A stretch of 64,000 bases of DNA, from assembly GCA_963794945.1 (NCBI GenBank), contig CAWCFT010000012.1:1-64000 (forward strand), in the 5' to 3' direction. A program made the translations under genes and the position numbers. Shown piece after piece: positions 39,776 to 50,057 of the stretch. The notes under the pieces are model-generated. The model ran no database searches, had not been told where the DNA came from, and saw only the letters and a list, made by a program, of their open reading frames with translations. Origin of the DNA: Endomicrobiales bacterium. GTDB lineage: Bacteria > Elusimicrobiota > Endomicrobiia > Endomicrobiales > CAWCFT01. How positions within the stretch are numbered: position 1 is the stretch's first letter; each line of letters opens with the position of its first letter.

Positions 39776-40759
39776 ATGAATAAGAAAAGAATACTTTCAG
39801 GCATGCGTCCGTCCGGAAAGCTCCATTTAGGACACCTTTACGGGGCGCTCAACAACTGGGTGCGGCTGCAGGACGAATACAAGTGTTTTTATATGGTTGC
39901 GGACTGGCACGCGCTTACAACAAACTTTTCTGACACCTCAAAGATAAAAGAGAACACGAACGAAATGGTTATTGATTGGCTGACGGTGGGCATAGATCCC
40001 GCGAAGAGCGTTATATTCCGCCAATCAGATGTTATTGAGCACGCAGAGCTTTTTCTCCTGCTTTCGATGATCACTCCTCTGGGCTGGTTGTTCAGGTGCC
40101 CGACTTATAAGGAACAGCTAAAAGAGATCAAGGATAAGGATTTGCACAATTTTGGTTTTCTCGGCTACCCTGTGCTTCAGGCGGCTGATATACTTATCTA
40201 CAAGGCGAACGCTGTCCCGGTGGGGGAAGACCAGCTGCCGCACCTCGAGCTTACGCGAGAGATATGCAGGCGCTTCAACAATTTTTACGGAGATATATTC
40301 CCTGAGCCGCAGGCCATACTTACAAAATCCGCTCGTGTACCTGGAATAGATGCGAGGAAGATGTCGAAATCCTACGGCAACGCGGTAACACTCGGAGAAG
40401 AGACGGACGCGATAAAGAAAAAGGTCCAGCAGATGTTCACGGACCCGGTCAAGATACGCGCCAACGACCCGGGGCATCCTGACGGCTGCGTGGTTTTCGC
40501 GTTCCACCAGATATTCAATCCGGACTCAAAGATGGTAGAGGCCGAGTGTAAGCAGGGGGCGAGGGGCTGTGTTGTTTGTAAGAAAGCTCTTATGGAAATG
40601 CTGGATGCTGCGATCGCGCCGCTCAGAGAAAAAAGGAAAGCGTTGAGCAGCGACAAGCACCTTGTAGAAAAAATACTAGAAGAAGGCGGCAAGCAGGCAA
40701 AAGAGGCCGCACTCGACACTATGAAAGAAGTAAGAAAAGCTGTCAAATTAAAAGATTAA
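39776..40759 (+). CDS. trpS: Tryptophan--tRNA ligase
   Basis: SGMRPSGKLHLGH (HIGH), YPVLQAADIL, VPVGEDQ and KMSKS. Confidence 0.97.
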   Translation: MNKKRILSGMRPSGKLHLGHLYGALNNWVRLQDEYKCFYMVADWHALTTNFSDTSKIKENTNEMVIDWLTVGIDPAKSVIFRQSDVIEHAELFLLLSMITPLGWLFRCPTYKEQLKEIKDKDLHNFGFLGYPVLQAADILIYKANAVPVGEDQLPHLELTREICRRFNNFYGDIFPEPQAILTKSARVPGIDARKMSKSYGNAVTLGEETDAIKKKVQQMFTDPVKIRANDPGHPDGCVVFAFHQIFNPDSKMVEAECKQGARGCVVCKKALMEMLDAAIAPLREKRKALSSDKHLVEKILEEGGKQAKEAALDTMKEVRKAVKLKD

Positions 40760-40856
40760 ATATTAAAAATCAAAGTTAAATTGTCCTCCTTTGGGGAACT
40801 TATTTAATTGTTCACCGGGTGTGAATTTTTGATATTTGATTTTTGATATTTGAAAT
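40742..40856. repeat. Heptamer-built inverted-repeat element
   Basis: AAAGATTAAATATTAAAAATCAAAG on the left and TTTTTGATATTTGATTTTTGATATTTGA on the right, with small internal hairpins. Confidence 0.7.
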
Positions 40857-40866
40857 AGGAATATTT

Positions 40867-41804
40867 ATGCCATACGATGTTCACATCGAAGTATTCGAAG
40901 GGCCGCTCGACCTCCTTCTGTATCTGACAAAAAAGAACGATCTGGAGATAGCTGATATACCTATAGCCAGCATTACGCAGGAATACATCTCGTACATGGA
41001 AGCGATGAAAGAGCTTAACCTCGAAGTCGCGGGAGATTTCATTGTTATGGCGGCGACGCTGATGCAGATAAAATCAAGGATGCTGCTGCCGGGCGCCGAG
41101 GGCGAGGCTGAAGAAGAAAGCCCACTCAACGAGCTTAAAGCTAGGCTCCTTGAATACCAGAGGTTTAAAGAAGTGGCGCAACTGCTCGGCAACAGGGAAA
41201 GTGAGTTCTCTCAGATATACTACAGGCCGGCGCCGGTCATTGACAAATCGGATTTTACCTTAGAAGTTTCACTATTTGACCTTATAAACAGTTTTAAAGA
41301 GGTTCTCACCGAGCTGCCAACCAACGTCAGGGAGATAGTTTACGAAGAGATCCCGATCGAAAAAAAGATCAGGGATATACTGGATTTTGTAGAAGGAAAA
41401 GAGTTCATAACTTTCAAAGAGCTGCTCGAGCGGGCGGTAAGCCGGATAGACCTTGTGGTCAGTTTCCTTGCGATCCTCGAGCTCATCAGGCTCGAAACAG
41501 GTGATAGCGCGGCAGAAAGAGATATTCGGCGAGGTAAGGATATACAGGATCAGCCGCGGTAGTTGAACCTTCGGTTGAAGAAACGGAACAATTCCCGTTA
41601 CCTGCTGTGAAACCGGCGGAAGAAGGGCAGGAAGAACTTGATTTCCAAAAGGAATCCGCGGAATATCAGGCAGATCAGGCCGGGCGGCAAAATGCAGAGC
41701 CGGAAGCTGAGCCTATCACCATAAAACAACTGGAGCCGGTACAGGAACAAAACATACAACCCGAGCCGGAGAAAAAGCCGGAATCTGACAAGAACGGCAG
41801 CTGA
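40867..41804 (+). CDS. scpA: Segregation and condensation protein A (frameshifts ~41495 and ~41550; probable acidic tail)
   Basis: FEGPLDLLLYL, MAATLMQIKSRMLLP and SFLAILELIR; the next frame gives KQVIARQKEIFGEVRI. ORF 41607-41804 looks like a Glu/Pro-rich tail. Confidence 0.88.
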
Positions 41805-41883
41805 TTCGTGATTCATTTTTAAGAAATCCGTGAGGTCGTGGGAAGTTTATTTTTCAATTAACTAGTTGTACAAGGCGGATAAA

Positions 41884-42540
41884 ATGGAAAATAACGAACT
41901 AAAAAAGATCATCGAAGCGTTGATATTCAGCGCGGACCAGCCGATGCCTGAGTACATGGTATCAAACATCCTTGGCAGCGAGGCGGGAGACGCGGATATC
42001 GAAGCGCTTATAAAAGAGATCGCATCGGACTACGAAGGCAGGCAGGGGCCGGTAGAACTGCGTTTTGTCGCCGGCGGCTGGCAGTTCGCAACAAGAAAAG
42101 AGTTCGGCACATGGGTTCGCAAATTATATAAGGATAAAACTACACTTAAGTTGTCGAACTCGGCGCTGGAGACCCTCGCGGTCGTGGCATACAAGCAGCC
42201 CATAACGCGTTCTGAAGCGGAAGAAGTTAGAGGGGTGGAAGTTTCGGGGGTTCTTGAAACGCTGCTGGAAAGAAAGCTCGTCCGCATCGTTGGAAGAAAA
42301 GAGACCGTAGGACGGCCTCTCCTTTATGGTACAACACAGGAATTCCTGAAACACTTCGGCTTAACTCACTTGAGCGAACTGCCTTCAATAGAAGAACTCA
42401 CACCTCCGGAAAACGCCGCGCCTGAAACGCAGGGAGTTGAGAACGTGCAGGAACTTCCTTTTGAAAACAGCTCAACTTCCGATCCGGCCGCAGGGGCTGA
42501 AGCTGAAGGTCAACCCGAGCCAGAGCCCGAAAAGAACTAA
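41884..42540 (+). CDS. scpB: Segregation and condensation protein B
   Basis: IIEALIF, VAGGWQFAT, LSNSALETLAVVAYKQPITR, GRPLLYGTT.EFL.HFGL. Confidence 0.95.
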   Translation: MENNELKKIIEALIFSADQPMPEYMVSNILGSEAGDADIEALIKEIASDYEGRQGPVELRFVAGGWQFATRKEFGTWVRKLYKDKTTLKLSNSALETLAVVAYKQPITRSEAEEVRGVEVSGVLETLLERKLVRIVGRKETVGRPLLYGTTQEFLKHFGLTHLSELPSIEELTPPENAAPETQGVENVQELPFENSSTSDPAAGAEAEGQPEPEPEKN

Positions 42541-42543
42541 ACC

Positions 42544-43465
42544 ATGCTATCCCTTTCAACTGCTTTCCACATAAATAGGTGCCGCGAATGGCGGCAGCTA
42601 CTTGACGAGACCTACAAACTCGGCTTCAAATGCCTGGAGCTCAATGTTGCCGTCCCGGAGAGTATGCTGCGCGAGGCGCTAGTATCTGTAGAAAAAAAAG
42701 CAATAGTGATATCTAGCCTGCACAACTACTGTCCGCGTTCTGGAGAACCTTCCACACGGACGGACGATCTATTCCGGATACATTCTAAATTCGGATGATG
42801 AAGATGAACGAAAGCTCGCTATAGAGCACACAAAACGGACTATTGAATGGGCCGCCAGGCTTGGGGCGAAAGCCGTTGTTATGCACCTGGGGGAAGTAAA
42901 TGCCGGCCCTGCAGGCAAGGAACTTGCAAAGTATGTGCGCGATTTCAGCAGAAAGGGCATGCTCTACGGCAAGTACTGGGACGCGTTCATAAAGGCACGC
43001 TCGGAAAGATCAAAAGAATACCTTGAAAAGCTTATGAGAAGCCTGGACGATATACTGCCTTTAGCTGCGGATCGTAAAATAATCCTTGGTTTTGAGAACA
43101 GGTTCCATTTTCACGAAATGCCTAACATAGAAGAACTGGTTCAACTTTTCGAAAAATATCCCGATGCCCCTGCGGGTTACTGGCATGATACTGGCCACGC
43201 TGAGATGTTTGTCAGACAAGGCTGGGTAAAAGAACACGTTGATTTTCTGAAGCCTTTCACAGGGAAAATAGTTGGCATGCACCTTCACGACCTGAGAGGG
43301 CTATCAGACCATTTTGCGCCGGGAAGCGGCGACTTTGATTTCAAGGTGCTTCAGCCGTTCGTAAATAGTTCTCAATTGAAGGTTGTTGAAGCCCATCCCA
43401 AATCAACTGCTTCTGAAGTGGCCAAATCAGTCCTTTATCTTGAAAAATGCGGTATTGCTTCCTGA
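42544..43465 (+). CDS. Sugar phosphate isomerase/epimerase family TIM-barrel protein (frameshift ~42740)
   Basis: Metal-ligand motifs SLHNYCP, VVMHLG, GFENR, YWHDTGHA, MHLHD and DHFAPGSG. Confidence 0.85.
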
Positions 43466-43544
43466 AACGCTCCATTGCATTTAGGTTACCATTTTTTACT
43501 GTAACTAAAAATCAAGGAAAACGTGGTAAATTCAGCTATAAAAC

Positions 43545-43573
43545 TTGACAATTAAATAATTCTCTGCTATATT
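43545..43573 (+). promoter_or_regulatory. Strong sigma70-type promoter upstream of the kinase cluster
   Basis: TTGACA-17 bp-TATATT with an extended -10 TG, about 265 bp before the kinase ATG. Confidence 0.7.
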
Positions 43574-43838
43574 CTTCTATGTATCGGGTGCAATGACAAT
43601 TTCGTGCTCATTTATTAAAGAGAATTAAGTCGGCTTGGCGGCTTATAAAAAAATGACCCATAAAAATACATTACTTTACAGCACAACAACCGCTCAATTA
43701 CCTCTCCTGACGATTACCAACAAATTCTATCATACAGCAGTTCAACCCAACCAAAAATATTTCAAATATTTTGATATATTTCCGTCAACATTATCACTAA
43801 ACGGTTTGCGCATGGGGCAGGCCTACTGAGCATAAATT

Positions 43839-46800
43839 ATGGCTGAACAAAGACAGATACTCATCAACGAACAATACCTGATCGTCAAGAAGATCGGGCA
43901 AGGCGGCTTCGGAGTCGTATGGCGCGCTTACGATTTTTCTTTGAGGAATTACGTAGCAATAAAAGAGGTTGTTAAAGAATACAACGCGCCAAAATATGTG
44001 GAGATGCTCTACAAGGAAGCGCTGATAGCAAAGAATATAATCCACGAGAACATAGTGCGCGTACAGCATTTCTGGAAAGGATCTAACGGCAGCTACTATA
44101 TTTCGATGGATTACGTAACTGGCAAAGACCTCGAACGTTTGATAAGCGTTTGCAACAAGAAGAACGTTAAGATCCCTTGGGAACTCGCGGTGCTTATCGC
44201 GAGCGGCGTGCTAAAAGCTATTGACTTTGCCAACCGCTTAGCCAAAGATACGATTACCGGCAAACCGTACGGCCTCGTTTACAGGGACATCTCTCCTGGG
44301 AACGTGATACTTTCATTCGACGGCAATGTTAAACTTAGTGATTTCGGCATAGCGAAAACAGCCGATGAAATGAGTGACGGGATAAAGAAACGCGTAGTTA
44401 CGGGTAAATACCCGTATATGTCCCCTGAACAGATAAAGGGTGAACCTGATGTCGACCACCGGTCGGATATATTTTCCATAGGTATTGTACTCTACGAGAT
44501 GCTTGCTGGGACGCAGCTCTACAAAGGCGAGCCGGCTGAAATTCGCGAACAGGTAATTAACTCCAAGTTCGATTCCTCGTTCCTTGACAACATGAACCTG
44601 CCTTTCGAGCTGCCAGGGATCATAGAAAAAGCCCTTGAGAAGAATAAAGAGAACAGGTATGAAAAAGCCATAGAGATGTTCCGCGACCTAAGGAGGCTCT
44701 TAAAAGGCAAGGAAACTGAAGAGCTTACAGAAAACCTTGCGATATTCCTTGGAAGAATGCTTCCCGAAGAGCTCGCGGCTGAAAATGATTTCGGCGAGCG
44801 TATAAAGAACCTCAACATGCAGGAAATAAAGAATAATTCACGTACGATCAAGATAACCTGCAAAGATTTTATAGTAGGAGAGACCAATACCGGCCCGGAA
44901 AGCGATGGGAGCAACCCATTCGTGCCACCGCAAAGCGAAGCTATCGAGCCTATCGAGATCGCTCAACCCAAGATCAAAACGAAACATCTTGAGCCAGAGA
45001 TCCAAGCTGTTACTCCTGAACCGGTTATCATCCCTGAGCCTCCTGCCCAGCCTGAGCAAAAGCCAAAACCGCAAGCTCAGCCTGTATCCGCAGTTCAAGC
45101 ACCGGAGCCACCTCAGCCGCCGCCACCACCACCTCCTCCTCCTCCTCCTCCTGTCGAAGCCATAAAGGAACCCGATATCGCGGTCAGCGTCAGTGTGCAG
45201 GAATCTGTACAAGTGTCAGCAGTGCCTCGACAGGAACGCGAATCATCAAAGGGGGAAGAAAAAGGAAAGACCGTTTTTGAAGAGGTGGGCGATTGGCTTG
45301 TCACTAAATTCAAGATATACAGCAAAAGGGCGATACGTTTCAGTTTTGCCCTTATTATAGCTTTCATCTTGTTCACAATAGCTGACACTTTCATACATAT
45401 AACACCTATGGGTAAGATGATCTATTCAAAAATATATCCGCCGGACATAGTGCTGACTACCGTTCCGGCCGGTGCTATGGTGTCACTGAAAACACGTGAA
45501 GGAAAGGTTGTGCTCGATAATGCCGACAGCTCGCAGCCTATAGAGCTGCGCAAGGTTCAGCCGGGTGTGTATATCCTTACAGCAGTAAAACAAAATTTCA
45601 GGACAGTTGAGCGGGTAGTCAAGATAGAAGAACCTGGAAAAGAAACAGGCGGGCAACTTTTGCAGAGGATAGACGTGAATTTTGAGTTCACACTGGCGAT
45701 AAATTCTGTTCCGCCAGGAGCCGAAGTGTTCATTGACGGCAATAAGTTCAACGTTACTCCGTGCAAAGGCGAGTTCGTTTCAGGCGAGCATACGCTTAAG
45801 ATACAGCTCAAAGGATTCGAAGAGCTGGGGTCATTAGCTAAGGAAAGCCGACAAGGGTCATGTAACATAGATTTCACGCGGCCGAACCCGGATGACGCTT
45901 TCGGAGGAGTAGACAAGAAGTTCTGGGATTACCAGGTGCAGAACGCAGAAGGCGGAGCGATATTTAATCTCACGGGGCATCTTTTCAAAAATATATCGTT
46001 TGACTCAGTGCCTTCGCATACTGTTGTCCAGGTGGAAGGTGAGCCCCAGTCAAGGGGTAATACGCCGCTTACGGCTCCAATGAAAGCGGGTGAATATAAG
46101 GTCAGGTTCCTTGACCCGGAAGGAAAATATGATGAAAGCGTGAAACAGATAAGTGTTGCACCGGATTCGAACACGCACTATACGGCTTACCTGAATAAGT
46201 GGGTTACTATCAGGGTAAGATCGAAGGAACAGCACAACGAAGCTTTTATGACTAACGTGAGAATAAAAGGAGCCGGAGTAAATATAAGTAAAAGTATCTC
46301 TACCGGTAAACCTTTGAGGCTAGCATTGCCGGTTCAGACATATAACATTACTTTTGACGGTGACAGGGAATACCGCACGCTTATCATGAAAAACGTTAAC
46401 ATAGGCGATAAGTCTATGATACAGGGCGAGATGGAATACGAGAATGCCCAGCTGAAGGTAACAGTTAAAAACGAGGCGACGAAGAAACCCATAAACGATG
46501 CGTTCGTGTGGCTGTCAAATAAGGCCGCTGGGAAAACTGACGGCGCTGGAGTTTGGGAAAGTGAAGTTCTGCACGGCACGACCACTATCAAAATAGTAGC
46601 AAAAGGATATTTTGAAAAATCCATTCAAAAGAATATTGCAGCAAGCAAAGAAAATGTAGAAATGTTCCTCAAAGAAGATATCCCGCTCGTGTCAACCGGA
46701 ACAGTGCTTCCTCCACTGCCTGACAGGGTACAAAATTATGCTGCTCCTACGCACAAAATAGAATCGAACCTGGCAGGGGACGGCTTAATAAACTCCGATT

Positions 46801-46946
46801 ACGAATCTGCCTCGAACCATTCACCGGTATCCGTGAATCAGGGGTCGAGCAATACAATAGTTTGTCCGAATTGCGGCAAAGTGTACCAGGTTGTGCCGGG
46901 TAAAAAACTGAGATTCTGTATCAATTGCGGAAAACCATTCAAGTGA
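43839..46946 (+). CDS. Hanks-type Ser/Thr kinase with Pro-rich linker, TM, PEGA domains and C-terminal zinc-ribbon-like motif
   Basis: IGQGGFGVV, VAIK, YRDISPGN, DFGIAK, YMSPEQ and SDIFSIG; a poly-Pro run; one TM; NSVPPGAEVFIDG (PEGA); CPNCG...FCINCGKPF. Confidence 0.93.
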   Translation: MAEQRQILINEQYLIVKKIGQGGFGVVWRAYDFSLRNYVAIKEVVKEYNAPKYVEMLYKEALIAKNIIHENIVRVQHFWKGSNGSYYISMDYVTGKDLERLISVCNKKNVKIPWELAVLIASGVLKAIDFANRLAKDTITGKPYGLVYRDISPGNVILSFDGNVKLSDFGIAKTADEMSDGIKKRVVTGKYPYMSPEQIKGEPDVDHRSDIFSIGIVLYEMLAGTQLYKGEPAEIREQVINSKFDSSFLDNMNLPFELPGIIEKALEKNKENRYEKAIEMFRDLRRLLKGKETEELTENLAIFLGRMLPEELAAENDFGERIKNLNMQEIKNNSRTIKITCKDFIVGETNTGPESDGSNPFVPPQSEAIEPIEIAQPKIKTKHLEPEIQAVTPEPVIIPEPPAQPEQKPKPQAQPVSAVQAPEPPQPPPPPPPPPPPPVEAIKEPDIAVSVSVQESVQVSAVPRQERESSKGEEKGKTVFEEVGDWLVTKFKIYSKRAIRFSFALIIAFILFTIADTFIHITPMGKMIYSKIYPPDIVLTTVPAGAMVSLKTREGKVVLDNADSSQPIELRKVQPGVYILTAVKQNFRTVERVVKIEEPGKETGGQLLQRIDVNFEFTLAINSVPPGAEVFIDGNKFNVTPCKGEFVSGEHTLKIQLKGFEELGSLAKESRQGSCNIDFTRPNPDDAFGGVDKKFWDYQVQNAEGGAIFNLTGHLFKNISFDSVPSHTVVQVEGEPQSRGNTPLTAPMKAGEYKVRFLDPEGKYDESVKQISVAPDSNTHYTAYLNKWVTIRVRSKEQHNEAFMTNVRIKGAGVNISKSISTGKPLRLALPVQTYNITFDGDREYRTLIMKNVNIGDKSMIQGEMEYENAQLKVTVKNEATKKPINDAFVWLSNKAAGKTDGAGVWESEVLHGTTTIKIVAKGYFEKSIQKNIAASKENVEMFLKEDIPLVSTGTVLPPLPDRVQNYAAPTHKIESNLAGDGLINSDYESASNHSPVSVNQGSSNTIVCPNCGKVYQVVPGKKLRFCINCGKPFK

Positions 46947-46982
46947 AAGTAGTGGAGAGAATCGCTCTCTCCGGAGGAAGAA

Positions 46983-48758
46983 ATGATTAATAAAGTAATA
47001 ACGAAAATATTTTTAGGCGCAGCACTCATGATTATGTGCGTAGGCGCTTCGCAATCTGCAGTGCCTACGCAGATAAGCTACCAGGGTAAACTTACTAACA
47101 ACACTGGGCAAGCTCTGAATGGAACTTATAATTTTACATTTTCGCTTTATAATTATAATTACAGCACTACTCAATCCACCTGGACAGAGTCATATACAGG
47201 TAATAATGGTATAGTTGTGACGAACGGGTTATACAGCGTACAGCTCGGCAGCATTAATAACTCCCTTTCATATCTTCCATTTGATACGACTTATTATCTT
47301 GAAATTCAAGTCGGCACAGATTCGCCAATGACCCCCAGAATACCACTAGCAACAAGCCCGTATGCATTCAGAAGCAAGTATGCGGATAACGTTTCAGTTG
47401 GAGCTATAACAGCAAGTTCAATAGGCGCAGGCACGTTAATTAATCAGGTAGTGGTAACAACAGGATCAATTTATGTTCCGAATGGTGCTGGAGCTTCTAA
47501 TACCACTTTTCTTCGAGGTGACGGGGCTTGGGGTACCCCATCTGGTGCTGGAGATATGAGCAGGGCTATAGATGGAGTAAATATAGCTAATTCAACCGCA
47601 TCATTGCAAAACCAGATGAATTCTGTTGGTATTTCGACAGGTAATATAAACAACTCTCTACTGGCTGTGCAGCGGAGCACCTATACGATGGCTTCTATTT
47701 CTATAAATACTTCACAGATTAATGCTGGAACTTTTCCGAATAGCGTTGTAGTAACAACCGGCTCAATATATACTTCAGCTGGTTCAGCCTCTAACACGAC
47801 TTTCCTTAGAGGTGACGGAACTTGGAACACTCCATCAGCTAATGCAATTTTAGCTTCAAATAACACTTTTACAGGATTTAATACATTCGGACAGGTTTAT
47901 GTGACATCTATAACTATCAGCGGCGCAAACGTAGTGCTGACTGCCACGGCGGCTTATGCGACAAACGCTGCCGCATTGAACGGAAACAGCGCTTCGGCCT
48001 TTACTCTGTTAACTGCCACTCAGAGCTTCAGCGGGTATAATGAATTCAATCAGGTGCAATGTTCATCTCTTACAATAACCGGTGCGAACGTAGTGCTCAC
48101 AGCTACAGCAGCATACGCGACCAACGCTGCCGCATTGAATGGCAACAGCGCTTCGGCCTTTACTCTGTTAACTGCCACTCAGAGCTTCAGCGGGTATAAT
48201 GCATTCAATCAGGTGCAATGTTCGTCTCTTACAATAACCGGCGCGAACGTAGTGCTAACAGCTACATCAGCATACGCGACCAACGCCGCGGCATTGAACG
48301 GAAACAGTTTATCGGCATTTGCTCTGTTGACTGCAACACAGACACACAGCGGGTATAATGTATTCAACCAGGTACAGTGTTCGTCCCTTACTATAACTGG
48401 CGCGAACGTGGTGCTTACAGCTACTGCGGCGTACGCAAGTAATTCCGGTAACGCGGCTATAGCGTCATCTGTTGCGAACGGTGTAATTTACGATGCTAAT
48501 ATTAATGCTGCGGCCGGGATATCTGGCGCAAAACTGGCTTCCAATTTGGTTATTTCAAGCATGACTGCCACGGGTTTTGTTGGATTACAAAGTGTAACCG
48601 TATCTCAATTGCTGGGCATGACACCATCAGCCGTGGGACAGTTGTATTACTGTAGTGGCGGTGACCCTGATACATTCCAAAGGGTGTACGTATCGACAGG
48701 CACGACTATAGGTTCTTTTGCTAAACTTGACAAACCAAGCAGCGGTCCAGGACAATGA
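46983..48758 (+). CDS. Secreted fibre/adhesin-like repeat protein
   Basis: Signal peptide, an N-domain VPTQISYQGKLT...GLYSVQLG...YYLEIQV...PRIPLATSPYA, two TTFLRGDG.W motifs and 53-aa tandem repeats. Confidence 0.75.
   Translation: MINKVITKIFLGAALMIMCVGASQSAVPTQISYQGKLTNNTGQALNGTYNFTFSLYNYNYSTTQSTWTESYTGNNGIVVTNGLYSVQLGSINNSLSYLPFDTTYYLEIQVGTDSPMTPRIPLATSPYAFRSKYADNVSVGAITASSIGAGTLINQVVVTTGSIYVPNGAGASNTTFLRGDGAWGTPSGAGDMSRAIDGVNIANSTASLQNQMNSVGISTGNINNSLLAVQRSTYTMASISINTSQINAGTFPNSVVVTTGSIYTSAGSASNTTFLRGDGTWNTPSANAILASNNTFTGFNTFGQVYVTSITISGANVVLTATAAYATNAAALNGNSASAFTLLTATQSFSGYNEFNQVQCSSLTITGANVVLTATAAYATNAAALNGNSASAFTLLTATQSFSGYNAFNQVQCSSLTITGANVVLTATSAYATNAAALNGNSLSAFALLTATQTHSGYNVFNQVQCSSLTITGANVVLTATAAYASNSGNAAIASSVANGVIYDANINAAAGISGAKLASNLVISSMTATGFVGLQSVTVSQLLGMTPSAVGQLYYCSGGDPDTFQRVYVSTGTTIGSFAKLDKPSSGPGQ
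47860..48440 (+). repeat. Intragenic 159-bp (53-aa) tandem repeat, ~3.5 copies
   Basis: The GANVVLTAT codons start at 47922, 48081, 48240 and 48399, an exact 159-bp period. Confidence 0.92.
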
Positions 48759-48786
48759 TAGTGAGTATTGATTCACATGCCATAAT

Positions 48787-50004
48787 ATGAAGCATATAAT
48801 ATTTTATTTTATCGTTGTGTTGATGGTTTTTATTGTGTCTACGGCAGGAATGGCCGTGACAAATGATGTTTTTCCTTCTTTTAGTAGCGCCTACGGGAAC
48901 AGTACATCAAATTCCTACCAAAATACAGCGAATTTGTCTCCGTTTACAGGGAACAGCACGAGCTTTAGCTACAGGAGCTATAGTGGATATCTTCCTGCCC
49001 AGGTTCTTAGCCCTTCACTTCTGACGATACCTGATCCTAATATGAACTTTGTTTCGCCGTCCCCTACTTCGGACAACTTGCAGCCGACAACAAAAGTCAC
49101 TGCTACGGTTGTTTTACAAAATACAGGCGGCAATACGGTGTCTTCGGTTAATTACAGAATAACTAATTCTGGAATTGCAAATTTTAATGGGTGGCGTGCC
49201 GATGCTTCAGCCACCGTAATAAACTCTACATCAACCCTTTACACGATAAGCATACCAAACACGGCTGGTGATAGCTTTACAGAAGGAACAAATAATTATA
49301 TCCAATGGATGGTAACAAATAATGCCGGCGCCCAAAGCCAATCCAGCCCTTACCAGATCATAATAACAACGAACGACATGCCTTCCATCGTGATAACTCA
49401 ACCTGATGTCAAAAGCGAGTTCACCAGCATCTCACCCTATATAGCGGCAACCATAACCGGAGGGGCGGCACCGCTTTCAGTTCAGGTTATAATCGACCGC
49501 GCAGCCGGTGGAAATGTAGCTACGGTCACGCCTTTATCATCTAGTCAATGTATATTTGTTCCCACAACAAACATGCTGACCTATAAATACGATGGACCGG
49601 CGCTTTCGCCAGGTGTTCAATATAAACTTACTGTGACAGCTACCGATTCGTTGGGCAAGGTAGGAGGGTCGACTCCTCTGCTGTTCATTCCGCAAAATGG
49701 GGCTATAGCGGACCTTATACCATACCCATCGCCGTTTGATCCAAAAGTTCAGCCTGTTGTCATCAGATACGTGCTCGGTAGTAAATCGGATGTCTGGATA
49801 AATATTTATGATATGAGCGGCAGGATAGTTAAAGTTGTATTGGACAATCAAAGCAGGGGGCCGGGCCTGTGCGAAGACACATGGAACGGCACGAACTTTG
49901 GCGGATCTGAGCTGGCAAACGGCGTTTATTTCTGCGAGTTAATAGCCAAGACAGATCAAGGCACGTATAAAAAGTATAAATCGCTGGCAATATTTGGCAA
50001 ATGA
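48787..50004 (+). CDS. Secreted Ig-like protein with C-terminal FlgD-Ig / T9SS-CTD-like domain
   Basis: Signal peptide, an S/T/N-rich body, and C-terminal PYPSPFDP...INIYDMSGRIVK...WNGTN..G.ELANGVYF. Confidence 0.8.
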   Translation: MKHIIFYFIVVLMVFIVSTAGMAVTNDVFPSFSSAYGNSTSNSYQNTANLSPFTGNSTSFSYRSYSGYLPAQVLSPSLLTIPDPNMNFVSPSPTSDNLQPTTKVTATVVLQNTGGNTVSSVNYRITNSGIANFNGWRADASATVINSTSTLYTISIPNTAGDSFTEGTNNYIQWMVTNNAGAQSQSSPYQIIITTNDMPSIVITQPDVKSEFTSISPYIAATITGGAAPLSVQVIIDRAAGGNVATVTPLSSSQCIFVPTTNMLTYKYDGPALSPGVQYKLTVTATDSLGKVGGSTPLLFIPQNGAIADLIPYPSPFDPKVQPVVIRYVLGSKSDVWINIYDMSGRIVKVVLDNQSRGPGLCEDTWNGTNFGGSELANGVYFCELIAKTDQGTYKKYKSLAIFGK

Positions 50005-50057
50005 TAAGAGAAATAGATATGTTTTTACTAAGCCACAAATAAAATAGGTTCAACTTA

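Noticed and set aside
43635..43829. 64-aa ORF upstream of the kinase; similarly 21220-21402 and 26840-27112
   Set aside because: There is no RBS or family motif. The latter two are translations of palindromic elements or antisense overlaps.
45110..45152. CCT/CCA microsatellite as a phase-variation tract
   Set aside because: It is an in-frame, mixed-codon poly-proline linker; triplet slippage would not switch expression.
46954..46972. Hairpin GGAGAGA-ATCGC-TCTCTCC as a terminator
   Set aside because: There is no U-tract and it abuts the next RBS; it is at most a translational or stability element.
46983..48758. Prophage tail-fibre gene
   Set aside because: It has a Sec signal peptide and no neighbouring phage structural genes, so a cellular adhesin fits better.
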